Source of the DNA: Spironucleus salmonicida
Taxonomy: Eukaryota
NCBI RefSeq assembly: GCF_000497125.1
Contig: NC_090596.1
Span: 372,001-436,000 of the forward strand
Reading direction: 5' to 3'
Length of the DNA stretch: 64,000 nt
The notes under the pieces are model-generated. The model had not been told where the DNA came from. It ran no database searches and saw only the letters and a list, made by a program, of their open reading frames with translations. Shown here piece after piece: positions 50,784 to 64,000 of the stretch (within the stretch, counting starts at the first letter, position 1; each line of letters opens with the position of its first letter). The position numbers were made by a program, and so were the translations under genes.

Positions 50784-53479
50784 GATTTATTAAATTCAAT
50801 TAATGATTTTAATATATCTTTATAATTATCACATGGAAGAAGCTTTAATTCTAATTATCGATGTTAAAAATTATAGTTTAATAGTTCTAAGCATTTATCA
50901 AGAGTAATTACTTCTATATCTTAGATGGTTACTTATTTCTCTTCTACTGGTTTTGTCCAACTACTCCAATTTTTCCTATCTGGATCTTCTTTTTAGAACT
51001 TCAGTACTTTTTTAAATTTAGATTTAATTTACTCTTTATTTTCTGTTAATATTACAGGTTAGGGTTTCGTTATTACGAATGTTGGCTTATCCATTAGTTC
51101 ATAGATTTCTTCATACTCAGAGTTACTAAACTACGCCTACCATGTCTAAAATTCTTAAATAGATGCAAAAATCCAATTATTTTTTTCTGAATATTTTTAA
51201 AATTTACCCCAATATCCATTTGTACATGATTGGCCTTTGAATACAATAAATGAATACTAAGCACGACTTAGTGCAACATTTACTCTACATCCATTTTCAA
51301 CAAATGAGTCAATCCCGCTATTTTCCGTTTTTACATGTGAAAAAATAATAATTTATCTCTCATCCCCTTAAAATGCATCAACAGTTGATACTAAAATACC
51401 CTCGGGAAGCATTTCTCGAAGAAAGTCAGACTATGCACGATATGGTGTGATGACACCAATTTATATTAGTAGAAATTAACTTGAATTCAATAAATATACT
51501 ATAAAATCTTTAATAGAATATGCTTCTATTTTATTTACTCTTGATTGATTACATTTTTCATCTTGTGATTTTAAGTGAAAGGTCGCTACTGGAGGCATAA
51601 TACCAAAATTATTCTTAAAATTATGCTTTATTTTTATCTTATTGGAACTAGCTGGAAGATTTTTATCGTAGTCCTCTTTTTCAAACTAATAATCAAGTAA
51701 TTTTTGTTATAATATAATTAAATAAGGATCAATATTAGTAACAACATTTCCATTATAAAAAAACATAGAAGATAGTGCTGAGATATGTTTATTGCATCTA
51801 TATTATTCCCAAAGAGATATAACCTCCATTCCAGCTTCTATAAATCTTTAAAAAATTGATTTTTCAATACTTTAAATTGAAGAAATAGGGGGTAATTATG
51901 CTGGATCTCCACATAGTATGATTTTATGTGATTAAACTAAACTTGAAATATAAATATATTCAAACTCTTTCATTTAACTTGCTTCATCTACAATAACTAA
52001 ATCAAATTATTAGCATTAACATTTAGAAATACTTGAGCAGGTAACAAATGAAGCAAAACATGATGGATTAAAAGTATCTCTTTAATAGTCAGAGAGATTT
52101 TTGTTTGCTAAATTTGAGCCTAACCTTTAAAATAGCCGTTATGGAATATCTGTAACTGATAATCTTGCTAAAATATTATCAATTGCAGTATTGGTAATAG
52201 CAGTGACTAAGATTTTAAATTCGTCACCAAATAGATAATACAAGTGCTAAATTAAATTAACAAGAGTTTGAGATTTTCCGGATCCAAAAACTCCTCGAAT
52301 TAAAAACAATGTCTAATAACTATTTTCTTATACATATGAATCAATAACAGTTTTAAAAGCTTTGTATTAATAATCATTTAGTTATACACTTGATTTGCTT
52401 GGAATTTAAAAATCATGTATTTGATACTCAAAATTCTATAATTATATGTCTTTTGATAAATTTTTATTATATATAGCAGCTAAATTCTTTAAAAAGTTTA
52501 AGCTAAATTAATTGAAATTCTATCTTTAAATCGTGTCAGTGAGTTAATTAAAATATTAGAGCATAAGTTAAAATTTACTAAGATGAATGAATGATAATTT
52601 TTTTCCATTTTTATTATAAATATCAAAAAGTTTTGGGTTTAACTTGCTGAATGGCAATAACCACACTTCTAGCGAGTTACTTTTTTCATAACTATCAAGT
52701 ATAAATAAATGCATTTATTATTCAAATTAACTAATATTAACTATAACAGCGATTAAATCATTTTTACTAAATTTTATTTAAGTTTCGAATTAAAGCTTTA
52801 ACCTCGCTTCTATTGCGTTTTCAGTTTAATATTTATTCTTTGGATAGTAGAAAAAGTTTCCCTGAAAATATTCTAACGTATTCGCGATTTCTATTAAATT
52901 ATAAAGCAACTCACAAGAGATTTATTGCAAATTTGCTAAAAAAATATCATTGAGTGTATTCACTGCTTCAAAGTTGTTATATTTTTTAAGTAGTTCTAAA
53001 TATGACTTTATTTCGTTCCTTTAAACTGGGAATATAATTTATTATTTACAAGTAAGAAAATTTATAGAATCATCAAGTTATCTATTATATTTTTCGATAT
53101 ATAAAGAGTTTTAAATCGGTTTACAATTTTTTTATGGAGGTTCTATACTTATTGTTGAAGTAATATCTTACTGTTCTATAATATGTAGTTAATTTTTTGG
53201 TTATGTTTGTTAGATCAAGTCACCTACAATAATATTATGTTTAGACTTTGCATTAGATAGTTTTATTTTCGATATTTATAGCTCATCTTACAGTTAAATT
53301 AAGAACAAAGTGGTGGTAATGATATCGTCCTTCAAGTTTTTTTCTTCATATTAAAAGCTAGCTACTATTTTTTACGTAGATACATCTTTTATATAAAGTG
53401 TATTATTTTTTATTAACAGTAGAGCATCTATCCATTTTTTAACCTTTTATGTTTTCTACTTGGTGTACAGTACATTCAT
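50774..53479 (-). CDS. ZGRF1-like SF1 (UPF1/DNA2-family) helicase with N-terminal DUF2439
   Basis: MNVLYTKQKTQKVKKWIDA (DUF2439), GVFGSGKS, TNTAID, DEASQ, GDPAQLPP, YRC, TVDAFQG and RVNVALSRA. Confidence 0.85.
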
Positions 53480-53514
53480 ATATCTAAAAAATTAATATTA
53501 TATACAGATATAAC

Positions 53515-54000
53515 TCACTTTGTTATGAAGTTGAATCCAGTTTCCCAATGGTCATGACAACCAGGGCCTCTAAATATATCATATTAAACCTTGTCTTTCT
53601 AAACTTTATCACTTTAATAAAGCCTCCAGGATGGGTATCTTCGGTTAATATTTTTAACATTATATGTTTGACACCCAGGTGAGATATCGTTTGATACTCC
53701 AAATTATTTCATATATAATTTATCTGATCTATCTAAGTTATTAATAGTCATTGGAACAGATTTAATTTTTTATATGCTATATTAATTTGGTGGAACAGAT
53801 TGATTGTCATTTACTACTTAATCAATATATCGTTTAGTTCTAGAAAATATTTTTGGTACAACCTAGGCCTTATTAAATAATGTGCTAGGTATATTATATG
53901 ATCCAGGTCCAACATCTTTAGATTTTTGGGTTTTCGGTTAAATTCTTCTATCTAAAACTTAAAATGCTTATCTTATATCATTTTTATCGTAGGAAGACAT
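53515..54000 (-). CDS. SHIPPO/sperm-tail PG-rich repeat protein
   Basis: Repeats VGPGSY, VPPNQY, SPGCQTY and RGPG. Confidence 0.65.
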
Positions 54001-54048
54001 TTATGCGGTTAAATCGAATGTATATATAATGTATATTAATTTCAAATA

Positions 54049-54603
54049 TCATTAAATAATTGAACGAAGGTCAATTTCAATTTTTCCATCTCTTGTTCTG
54101 ACACCTTCCTCTAGGAGCTTATTCATTTCCTTCTAATCGTCATTTGCCTTAAAAAGAACTTACCACCTGTTTTAAACGCTACTTTTGGTAATAGGTCTAG
54201 GCTTGAGATCTTATAAACTGCAAAGTTCACGATAATTAGCATAAAAAATAGACTAGAATTATTCTGATTTTCTGAGTTCTCGCATTAACGATTTCTCTGC
54301 ATCATTTACTGCAGACTAGTATTACTTTTCTAAATATTATGCTTAATCAAAGATATCTCTGGCAAGGCGTAAAAATTATTACACTGTTTGAATCTAATTT
54401 GCAAGAACTAAATTAAATAAGGTTGAAAAATCCATTTGAGACTATGGATAATTTTAATGTTATGAAAAGTCGAATGGTGTTGAAAATAATGATGCGGATC
54501 CTCTTGAATTAATACAAGCCTGTAAAGCTTACAATATGTTACGCCTTGTTTACCCTATCACCGGAGTAGCACCTAAATAAGTATGAGATTTGGTATTCTC
54601 CAT
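54049..54603 (-). CDS. hypothetical protein (184 aa)
   Basis: Open frame under code 6. Confidence 0.6.
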
Positions 54604-54704
54604 TTTTATATATAGTTAATAAATATAAATTGTAAATATATAATTTTGACTTAAATAAAAAATATTTATATTGAATATAATACATCTTTTCCTTTTTCTT
54701 TTGA

Positions 54705-55475
54705 ATGGAATAATCGCATGATTTTTCCGATACACATTAATATCAACAATAAGATGATAATACACTTAACGAACAATATAATTATTATGCTGATGTATCA
54801 AATTCTATTATTATTGAACTTAGAGTATACGCTTTGGGCTTTGATAGAGCTTAGAATTAAGATACTTTCCGTCAAGATACTTATCATTAGTTTGATCTTG
54901 ATAAATCAATTTTTACATCTTATTAAATATTGCATGATAATCTAATCAAAGCTTCAAATGCTAGTTATCTAAAATCATAATTTTTTAGAATTTGTTAGTT
55001 GGATGAAATCTAAAAAAGAATTTCTATTGGAGCAAATGACGTTGTTTAAGACGCACCACCTACTAGTTAAATTCCTTGGATTTCAACTAGTGAAGATGTT
55101 TAATCTTTAGTTTCCAGCGGAACATAAAGAATCTATTTAGCAGCTATCAGATATACTAAAGCATAGGCTTTGTAATTGAGCTAATATATTTCAGCTGAAG
55201 AAAAAGTATTTCTTCTTAAATTGCATAGTTCCAGAAGAGCTGAAGATGAATACGATATTTAAGACGAAATGCACTAAGTAAAATAGTAGCTATCTGATCA
55301 ATTGTCGATAGACCGTAGACCTCTCCCATAATTTGCACAGGTATTGATTAAAAGATAGCATATAACAGAGTTTGTGAATTTTGCATATTTAATAAGTAAT
55401 GCATAAAGTGACGATGAGGCTAGGTAAATCATAAAGCTTAATCCTTAAATCGCCAAGAAGTTTTTTGGAAAGTGA
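54705..55475 (+). CDS. hypothetical protein (256 aa)
   Basis: Open frame, pyrimidine-rich upstream element and AGTGA end. Confidence 0.65.
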
Positions 55476-55497
55476 GAATAATTTTTTAATTAAAAAA

Positions 55498-58400
55498 TCA
55501 CTTCATTGATTAAATGAATTTTTCAATAACATGATCAATCCACTATGGTGCAGATTTTTCTATACTTTCTTAATCTCTAATTTTTAGGCATGTATTCCAA
55601 TGATTAATATTAGTTGAAATAACCATCATTGTGCCATAAAAACTTGGTTCTGCTATTGATATAGAGCTTCCAGACTCCGTAAACTCATTCTATGTAATTT
55701 AATCCACTAATTATTCATACATTTGCTCATACTTAAGTTTGTTTGCTTATTCTGACTCCAAATCAGTGACCATGGTAAATTTCCGCAATGAAATAAATGT
55801 AACTGGAGTGAAAATATCAACAGAATTATTTTAATAGTCTTCAAAAGGTATTTAGTTTTCAGATAAATATTACATCATTTTGATAAGTGGCTATATAGCC
55901 TCTGGTAATTATTATTCCTCACCTGGCCCAATTAGTAAAATATTTGTAGAAGAAAATAGGCTATTATTTGTTAAGGAGGAGCCAAATTTGTTATTAAATA
56001 ACTTTGATAATGTTATAGGTAGATTTTAAACTTTTTTTAATAAACAATATATAAATTCTAGCGATTTTGCTTATTCTGTAAATGAAAGATAAACAAAACT
56101 TTATAAATGAGCATAACAACGTAGATTATGATGGAATATGCAAGAAATATCTTTTAATGCTAATCTAAGAGCATGAAGCGTAATATTTTGTAGATTCTTT
56201 TCGTTTTAAATAAGTGTTAGAATTTCAATTAACTCGGTTTAAATATATTATTGTTTGGAGGTTGCAGAGTAAAGTTTGACGTTCTTTTCATTCATTTCAA
56301 TTATGAGGTAGATATTATGTAGAAAAAGATCATAATCTGATATAAAGCACTATGCATTAGCTGCATATTAAGATCTATTGAAAATTTCTGAGCTAAATTC
56401 GGATAAGAATATATCCTAAGGCACTTATAGTAATCCAAAATAAAAATTATCATCAATTGCAAATGTATAAAAGCCTTTTGATTTTTATATTTGTGAAAAA
56501 AGTTAAATTTCGTCCTGTAATTTAATACTTGGATTGAAGTATTATAACCTTTGGATGGCACTATCCTTATCTTTTACTTTTTCAGGTTCGACCATTTAAT
56601 ATTATTTTACATGATAAATAGGAGATGTCAGATCAAGGCAAATTGATAGTTTTCCTTATTATGTTACTTCCCCACTAGATTTACTGCTTGATGCATAAAC
56701 TTGTGTTTTTGAATTGAATCCAACTGATAAAACCGAACAAGTATTTAAAAATCTATGTAAATGTTTCTTTACTGCCGAGTTTACATTCATATTAGATAAT
56801 GTACACTACAATAATTCTTAGATAAATTTATATGAGCTTTGTAAATAATTATTCTTCAGTAAAGCATAATGTCTAGGAATTTTTATAATTGTTTCAGATG
56901 AAATAATAGGAGATAAATATTTCTAAAAACATCTTCCTACATTCAACAATTTCATATATTTATCTAATGATAACTTTTACACTAACATGTCAAATATATG
57001 CTAAACATTTTCAAACTTGAAATTTATATTTTACTTTATATTTTCATATTAATTGTTAAATATATTATCAAACTCCTATTTTAGTGAGGGGGAGATAAAA
57101 TCTTGAATAAGACTATCGAAAATATTAGTAAATTTTGGGAGTTCAAAAGATTATAACTGATTGTCATATGAAATTATACGAAGCACTAATATTAATGAAT
57201 TTGACTATTGATCTCTTGAAATCATTACTATATCTTTATTATCTAATTTTTTAGTTAATATTATTTTTTTGAAGTTAAGTTATGTCCAGATAAAGGGAAT
57301 TAAGAAATATGAACTTTTTCTAAAATTTTTATTATGCAAATAATTATGGAATAATTTATTTTCTTCAAAGGGTAGATTTTATCTTTCAAATTAATAATCG
57401 GCCATAAGGAACTCAGTAAGTTTATCCCGTAATTAAGAAATAATTATCGGGTAAACTTGTATGTAATATAAATATAATTCAAATCTAAATGAAATAGGAA
57501 CAAACCCAATATCAAGTATAAGATTACATTCTTTACGATTTAATTATTTATTAAGAATACTAATACCATTTATTGTAATTTGTTAAGGAAATAATGTGTT
57601 AACTTTTTGTTATTATAACCCAACTTCCATAAATTAAACATAAAAATTATTTTTATCTGATTCTAGTCTAGGAGCAATTATAATTTGATCATCGATTTCC
57701 TACTTAAAATAGTTATTATCATGAATATTTTTAATATTAATGTTATAAAAAATTTTGAAAAAATCTGCTTAATTATCTTAATATGGTTATGACTATTAAT
57801 CAAATGATTAATACTTATATTAATTTTCAAATATATCATTTTTTTCTGCAATTTATTTTAATAAATCATTTTATTAAGAACTTGATTATTTTAAATTACT
57901 ACTATACTTTTAATAAAAAGTATCTTAGATAATATTCAGTTTATTCTATATATCTTAGTTAGAAAATTTATATTTTCGTATCATTGCTCGCCCATATGTG
58001 TTAGAATAATCTATCTAAGAAATGGATTTATTTACCATATCGATATTCACTTTATTAGTTGATAATAAGTAATTAAGAATATCAACACTAAATTCTTTAT
58101 ATTGCTAAAAACTTTGGGTATTTGAATTTTATTCATAAAATAAATTACTAACTTTATATCTTTCAAAATTAGGATCTCTTGATAGAAGTTTGAGCTTAGA
58201 TGAACTATAGGCTAAATCTGTACTTAAAATATAACTATATATACTTTTAAAGTATAATGAGAACGATAATAGAATAGACGAAATTGTGCTTCCAAATAAA
58301 AAATCTAAAAAATTATTCTGACAAAAGTTAGTACGTTCCCCTGGTGACACATTAAAGCCTAAAAATTCAAATATTTCGCTAGCGTGAATAAGATGATAAG

Positions 58401-59661
58401 GAATTTTATACACTTTTTTACCTTGATACTATCCTATTGTTGATGTAGGTAATGATATATCCGAATTAATAGATATATCAGAGTGATCTAAGCAGCTGTT
58501 AAAGCTAGGGTCCTAATAATTTTTAAATATACTCCGCTTTGGACAATAGAAGTAAGTATCAGTTTAATTCGAATCTATAGCATCTACTAAATCATTCTAT
58601 TATAACTAGTATTAATCTCCAGTTTGTCCTAGAAAATCATCTCTAGAACTAGTAACAGATGATATTTATAGAATAAGCATAGTATTATCAACCAATACTG
58701 ATGGACAATCATTATAATATTCTTATACTTATAAAACGGAACTTGGCGGTGCACCTTTAAGACATAGTCTTATCCAAACTTCTTACACTGTCATGATAAA
58801 TTCTCTATGATCTGGACTTTATTCAGCTAGCAAAAAGTGTGCAATAGGAATAACATTTCCTGGAGCATCCAAAAATGCACCAGAATCCCCACCTCCCGTG
58901 GTGAAGTCAATTCTCTACTATAAAAAATCTTATATTATATGCTCCTATGCACTAGTAACGTTTTCTGGCTAACTGTCATCTAGACTTATTTATATTTGGC
59001 AGTTTTGAAGAAGCTGCTTAAAAACTTACGGCAGACTATTTTATTCATCTTTAATTAAATAGTTAATAGAGTCTATTATGATACCTAGAAATGAGCCATT
59101 AAGCCTCGAGCAGGAACTAGTCGGTGATTGCCCTAGCTCAAAAATATCTGATAAATTATTAGTTGCATCTATAATTCTAGCTATCGGAGGGCAATAAAGC
59201 GTTTTATTTTTATGAATTGGAACTTCAGTACTTTAAATAGGTAAAAAAGTATTTGTTAGTAATGTTCGAAGTGTCTGGTACATGTTTGGAAACAACTACT
59301 TAAGAGTTTCTGGTTCACCATCACAAAAATTTGGCGTTAACTGTAGTTAAATTTATTTACCGTTGGCAAGCTGTGTTTATGCGAAATTAAGCTATTCTTT
59401 AGAAACAAGAAAAAGATTATTTTTAGAATTTAGTGTTGATAGGAAAGATTAAATTAAAAGGTGCTCATCTATTGAAAAATTATCTATTAATTATACATTG
59501 ATTAAAAGAGTTAATTACTACCCTTATTATTCAAATGTGAATAAACTATTTGTTAACACGGTAAGTTAATAAAAATCAATTTAATGTGGCAAATTAGCTA
59601 AATCCGAATCAATTTAGTTGACTATCTTTGAAATATAATTGCACGAATTGACACTTTACAT
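55498..59661 (-). CDS. large hypothetical protein (~1387 aa)
   Basis: Start, stop and track ORF 58129-58413 share a frame; ends in AGTGA. Not every codon was checked. Confidence 0.6.
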
Positions 59662-59889
59662 ATTAAAAATAAAATGAAACGCGTTATCTTAAAACTAAAC
59701 TCTAGGCTAAAGCTATTAACATGAATTATATGATATAAAAAATGGATGATAGCGAAATTAATCGGGAATATCTTCTAAATGTGATTATAGAGTAGCATCG
59801 TACGAATATTCAACTGTTTACGATTCATCTTATAACACAATAAGTAATCTCATTTTGACGGTATATTATTTAATATAAAATATTATATT

Positions 59890-60192
59890 TCACTTGAAAT
59901 CTAAAGCTAATTATTCCCATAATTAATCAACGACAAGATTAGTTTATTAACTGCTGGCTTCCATTTATAAGCTTTTTAAATTAGTATCACATATATTTAG
60001 TCGGTGTGAAGAAATATATTTAGGAACATACTTAAAACTTACTGCACTATTTTCAATAATTGGAATATTAAAATCCTAACACCCATAATTAAGAGATTTT
60101 ACTTATCCAATTATAATAACTTGATTATAATATAGGCCTTATTTAATTTAGAAGTTCTGCAGTGGCTTATTATTTTGTTGTACTCTATACAT
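59890..60192 (-). CDS. hypothetical protein (100 aa)
   Basis: Open frame ending in AGTGA. Confidence 0.5.
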
Positions 60193-60268
60193 TTTTAATA
60201 TATATAATTTAATATATAAATTATACAATATTCCAACCGAACTCAGATATCAATATGCTTACTAAGGC

Positions 60269-60610
60269 TCATGTTTCTTCGAACATAATATCCCAAAGAT
60301 CAAAATCAAAATCTTTTGATTTTTTTGTATTAACTGAAAGATATTATTTTGATTTTAATTGTGCACACTTAACTCTATTCTCATAAGAATAAAATTATAA
60401 GCTTTCTATAGCTGTTTTGCGCTGATTTATGTATGGTTTATTTTTCGTGTTATATTCCTTCGTTTATTTAAATGAGGTACATTGTTATCTTTAGTAATGA
60501 AGTGATTTGAACATTCCCGACCTATAAAAATTACTAGTGAGTTAAAGTTCTATTTCTTCTTCTTAATTCATGTACCTTAATTATGAAAAGTTTAAAACCT
60601 TTCCATTCAT
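60269..60610 (-). CDS. hypothetical protein (113 aa)
   Basis: Open frame, divergent from the V-ATPase E gene. Confidence 0.45.
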
Positions 60611-60681
60611 TTCGGATGTTACACCTTATTGTTATATATAAATCGTATTTTCAGTCTTTCCTTCCCCATCAAATCCACCAA

Positions 60682-61284
60682 ATGCAACAGAAAATTTAGC
60701 GTATGGTTGAATTCATGCAGTAAGATTCTACCACAAGAATCACAGAATTGCATGAAAAATCCAAATAGTAAGCTGATCTAGCAGCATAGTAACTACTTTT
60801 GAGCGAGACCAACAAGGCTCGTTAATAATTCTAACAGAAGTAGAAGTAACTTCGCACAGAACAGTAGGTTGCTGCTTCCTCTACTTTAGGTTCGTCACGT
60901 TTTTCTGTATTACAAGAAAAAGATAAAGTAATCTAAGTTGTTTTACAGAAAGCGCTTGAAGCTGCCAGCAAAAAATGCACCGCTTAGGCTGTAAGTAAAT
61001 TAGCTTTACAAGCTTGTGGAATTTTAGATATTAAAGAGTGCCAAGTTCAATGTAAATCTGATTAATTTGAGGAAATTAAAAAATTCTTAAAAACAAATAA
61101 TATTGAGTGTAAAAAATTCGAAAAAGAACTTTCTGAAGATTCAAAAGGAGGCTGTATTATTTATAACAGAAATTGTAATGTTTTTATCGAAAATACTATT
61201 GCTAAGAGAGTTATGCTGGCATATAAAGGTAAAGCACCTGAGGCAAATTCTATTCTTTTTGAGGAAGCTAGTTTATTGTGGTGA
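60682..61284 (+). CDS. V-type ATPase subunit E
   Basis: KIQRMVEFMQQD, SSTLGSSRFSVL and GGCII...IENTIAKR; C-rich promoter upstream. Confidence 0.85.
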
Positions 61285-61466
61285 GGAATTTCTATTTTTA
61301 TATTAAAATTATTTTCAGCATTAAGTTGATTGAAGATAATTAGTTTAGTTTTCTATTATAAAGAAAAAGGCTTAACACTATAACCTTATTAGATAAAGAT
61401 ATAAACTAAATATATTTAAACTTAAATTAAGAATAAATTATTATAGTGATATAGTATTGAATTTGT

Positions 61467-62120
61467 TCACTATCCTCGTGCAGAATCAAGCATGAAAAGT
61501 CTGGCAGAATCAATAATTGAAATATCATTTATATTTCTTAGTAAGTTAAAATCAATAATTTATAATTAGTTCTAGCTTAGTTCTATATTATACAGTGCTT
61601 ATTTTGTATTTATTGATTGACTTGTGCCTTAGTTCATATATGATGATAAATTAATGTTAGGTAAAGAGTTGATTAATTCTACAGGACCAGGTTATTTGTC
61701 TATAATTAGTTCATGATGAACTGGTCTTTAATAAGTGTACGATGATATAGACTGTTCTGAAGCTTCTTATGATTTTAAAATTTACGCATATTTATTTTTC
61801 AATTTTTATGGTGTTAATGAAGGGAAGAAATTGTTAGCAATAGTTTCCCAATTTTTACCATATAATTCTGCCATCTTTATTAGTATTTCTTCTTCTTCCT
61901 TTGACCATTAGTGGTTTCTTCTTTAACTAAGAATGTCATCATTTTTTACAGAAGAATCTCTTCGTCGTAAATTATTAAATTGAACCTAACATTATTATTT
62001 GGTGAATGGTAGCTGTTATGCAACTTCACTCCACTCGATTCCACCTGATTGCTTGATGTTTATTTTAACTAGAGATAGCAATGCTTTCTTTTGTTCTTCT
62101 GTCCACTTTGTTTTATCCAT
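61467..62120 (-). CDS. two-repeat Myb-like DNA-binding protein
   Basis: KWTEEQKKALL..IEWSEVA..C and WSKEEEEIL..YGKNWETIA..LKNKY. Confidence 0.9.
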
Positions 62121-62231
62121 TTAATAAGTAATTATAATTTTTAGTATTGATTATATATTTATAGATATTAACATTTTTAAGACGATGATAATGTAATTAT
62201 ATATTAATTATCCATATATTACCTAAAAATT

Positions 62232-63641
62232 ATGATGAATCTTACTTAAGTATAAAGTAGTATTGCCACCTTAGTTTAAAATATTGATATAGACGAATAT
62301 CTATCTACTATAAACTTTTTAAAACTATAGGAAGATGCATTTGAGAAGTAATTATAAAATTTACTTACTGTTTAGTCTTAGCTTTACTGTTCAACTAAAA
62401 AATTAGTGGATCACAATCAATAGCTTATCCACCAATCATAATAGTTTAGCTTAAATATTAATGCATTGGTCGAGGTTTAAAATGTGATTAAAAATTCTAC
62501 TTTACCAAATGATATTATGGAATAATGTTCTTTCGTGTCAGAATAAAACTTTGAATAAGTTCTTACTCATTTACCCCATATTTGCCATATTTAGTAGCAC
62601 TATAAAGAACTTCCAATTGAAAATGAGCAATAAAAATTTGAAATTTTTTTAATACATTTTATAAATTCAATTGAATCATTTCTATTAAATATCTTAGGTA
62701 AGAAAGAAATGAGTATTTATAAAGATTAATTTCAAAAACTCAGGGTTTAAACAGATTACAAATAATTAGAAGATTCTATCTCTTCTATTACATAAAAAGT
62801 CTACTTAGAGTTAATGAAATACCATGAGTTCATTCAATTTTTAATAGAAAATGATCGTCATATTCAATTTTTTTAAGTTTTTCTATAATTTCATTAATTT
62901 GAACTAGATTATATTCAATTATCGTTAAAAAATTTAGATAAACTAGTTTAAAAATGGATAAAAGATTAAACATTCTTTTCTACATAGAACGGTTATTTTC
63001 CTATTTTCTAATCTTTATAATAACCAAAAATGAAGATAAAACTGTTTTAAAATAAGAAATAAACCAGTTTAGCATAAAATTACCATAGTTAACAAATTGA
63101 ATAATCTTTATCTAAAATTGTGTCTAGCAAGCTACTTATAGATGAAATGATAAGTACTTCTTGCATATTTTTAATAAATAAAGAGTATAATGGAAGCGAG
63201 GACAATTAATTTACTGGATTATTGTAGATCCTTAATTAAATAAACTTTCTTACTCAAATTGCAGCAAAAAAGTAAAATTTTGATGCGATTTTTGGACCAT
63301 ATCGTATCGATAGCATCAAAAATCCGGCGAAACTTTTACTTCTTAAACTACTAAACTCATCATTTTAATGTGCAGTAGATATGATTCAATAATTAAACGA
63401 TATTAATACTCCGGAAGCGAAGTTTCTTACTGATTAATTCTTAAATATTTTTAGAGATAATGTGGAGTAGGTCTGCTAATACTAGAAATACGAAAACTTT
63501 CAATCCTGGCTACCAAGAATATTGGCTGTTATAATTTAGGTTAAATCAGACGTATTTGCTCCAGTCAAAGCTGTTTTAATAGATCAAATTAACTAAATTG
63601 AAGACCAGTAAATTAAATAATTTTTATTTGATTAAATGTGA
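62232..63641 (+). CDS. helical tether-like protein, possibly COG8/Dor1-like
   Basis: N-terminal coiled coil followed by LPNDIMEQC...HIQQHYKELP, reminiscent of Dor1. Confidence 0.4.
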
Positions 63642-63683
63642 GTTTATTATGTATTTTTATTATATTATCGCAAATATCTAACA

Positions 63684-64000
63684 ATGCCGCTAAGTTAAAT
63701 TTAATCTTAATAATAACAAGAAGTATATGCTTGGATTAATTAGCTCAATCTTCCACGTCCATCAACACATATACACCGCGATTTTTCAGATGCTGTATTA
63801 GCAGCGAAAGTCATACATTGTTTCATGCCAAATTTAGTGGAGGTTCACAATTATCAGCCAGCGACCTCAACAAAGAACAAATTGACAAACTGGTAAGTAT
63901 TATAGACTAAAGTTCTCTCGAAATTGAAAGCTAAGCTAGAACCAAAGGAAATGGAAGAATTAGCCGCCTCCATACCTGGAAAAATTGAAATGTTTCTATA
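63684..64000 (+). CDS. SPEF1: SPEF1/CLAMP-like CH-domain protein; runs off the window end
   Basis: VYAWI..LNLPRP..HIHRDFSDAVL..HNY...KLTNW. Confidence 0.88.

Overview
AT-rich, gene-dense, apparently intron-free eukaryotic DNA. It uses the non-canonical nuclear code with TAA/TAG=Gln and TGA as the only stop, so the supplied standard-code ORF track is mostly fragments and shadows. The code, AGTGA stop/poly(A) signals, C-rich promoters, a divergent Cpn60, a Giardia-type cyst wall protein and cysteine-rich membrane proteins point to a hexamitid diplomonad, probably Spironucleus (inference). Re-translated by hand, the window holds about 47 CDSs. These include a DOCK GEF, SLX4-like, Cpn60, TrxR, lipin, MTA/SAH nucleosidase, a DEAH helicase, RSPH9-like, SPT2, Mad1-like, Trs23, a STE20 kinase, p47/Shp1, ZGRF1, V-ATPase E, Myb proteins and SPEF1. 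Four things stand out. (1) A Maelstrom-like DEDDh nuclease with an ECHC-type Zn motif at 4827-5729. (2) A near-identical 2288-bp inverted repeat of a decayed Cys-rich protein gene (9101-11388 / 34369-36656) bracketing a 23-kb, possibly invertible, segment. (3) A Pirh2-like gene split by a -1 frameshift at an in-phase slippery run. (4) A cyst wall protein gene with three CTACA Myb-type motifs, next to serine palmitoyltransferase. All protein calls come from motif recognition, not database searches.
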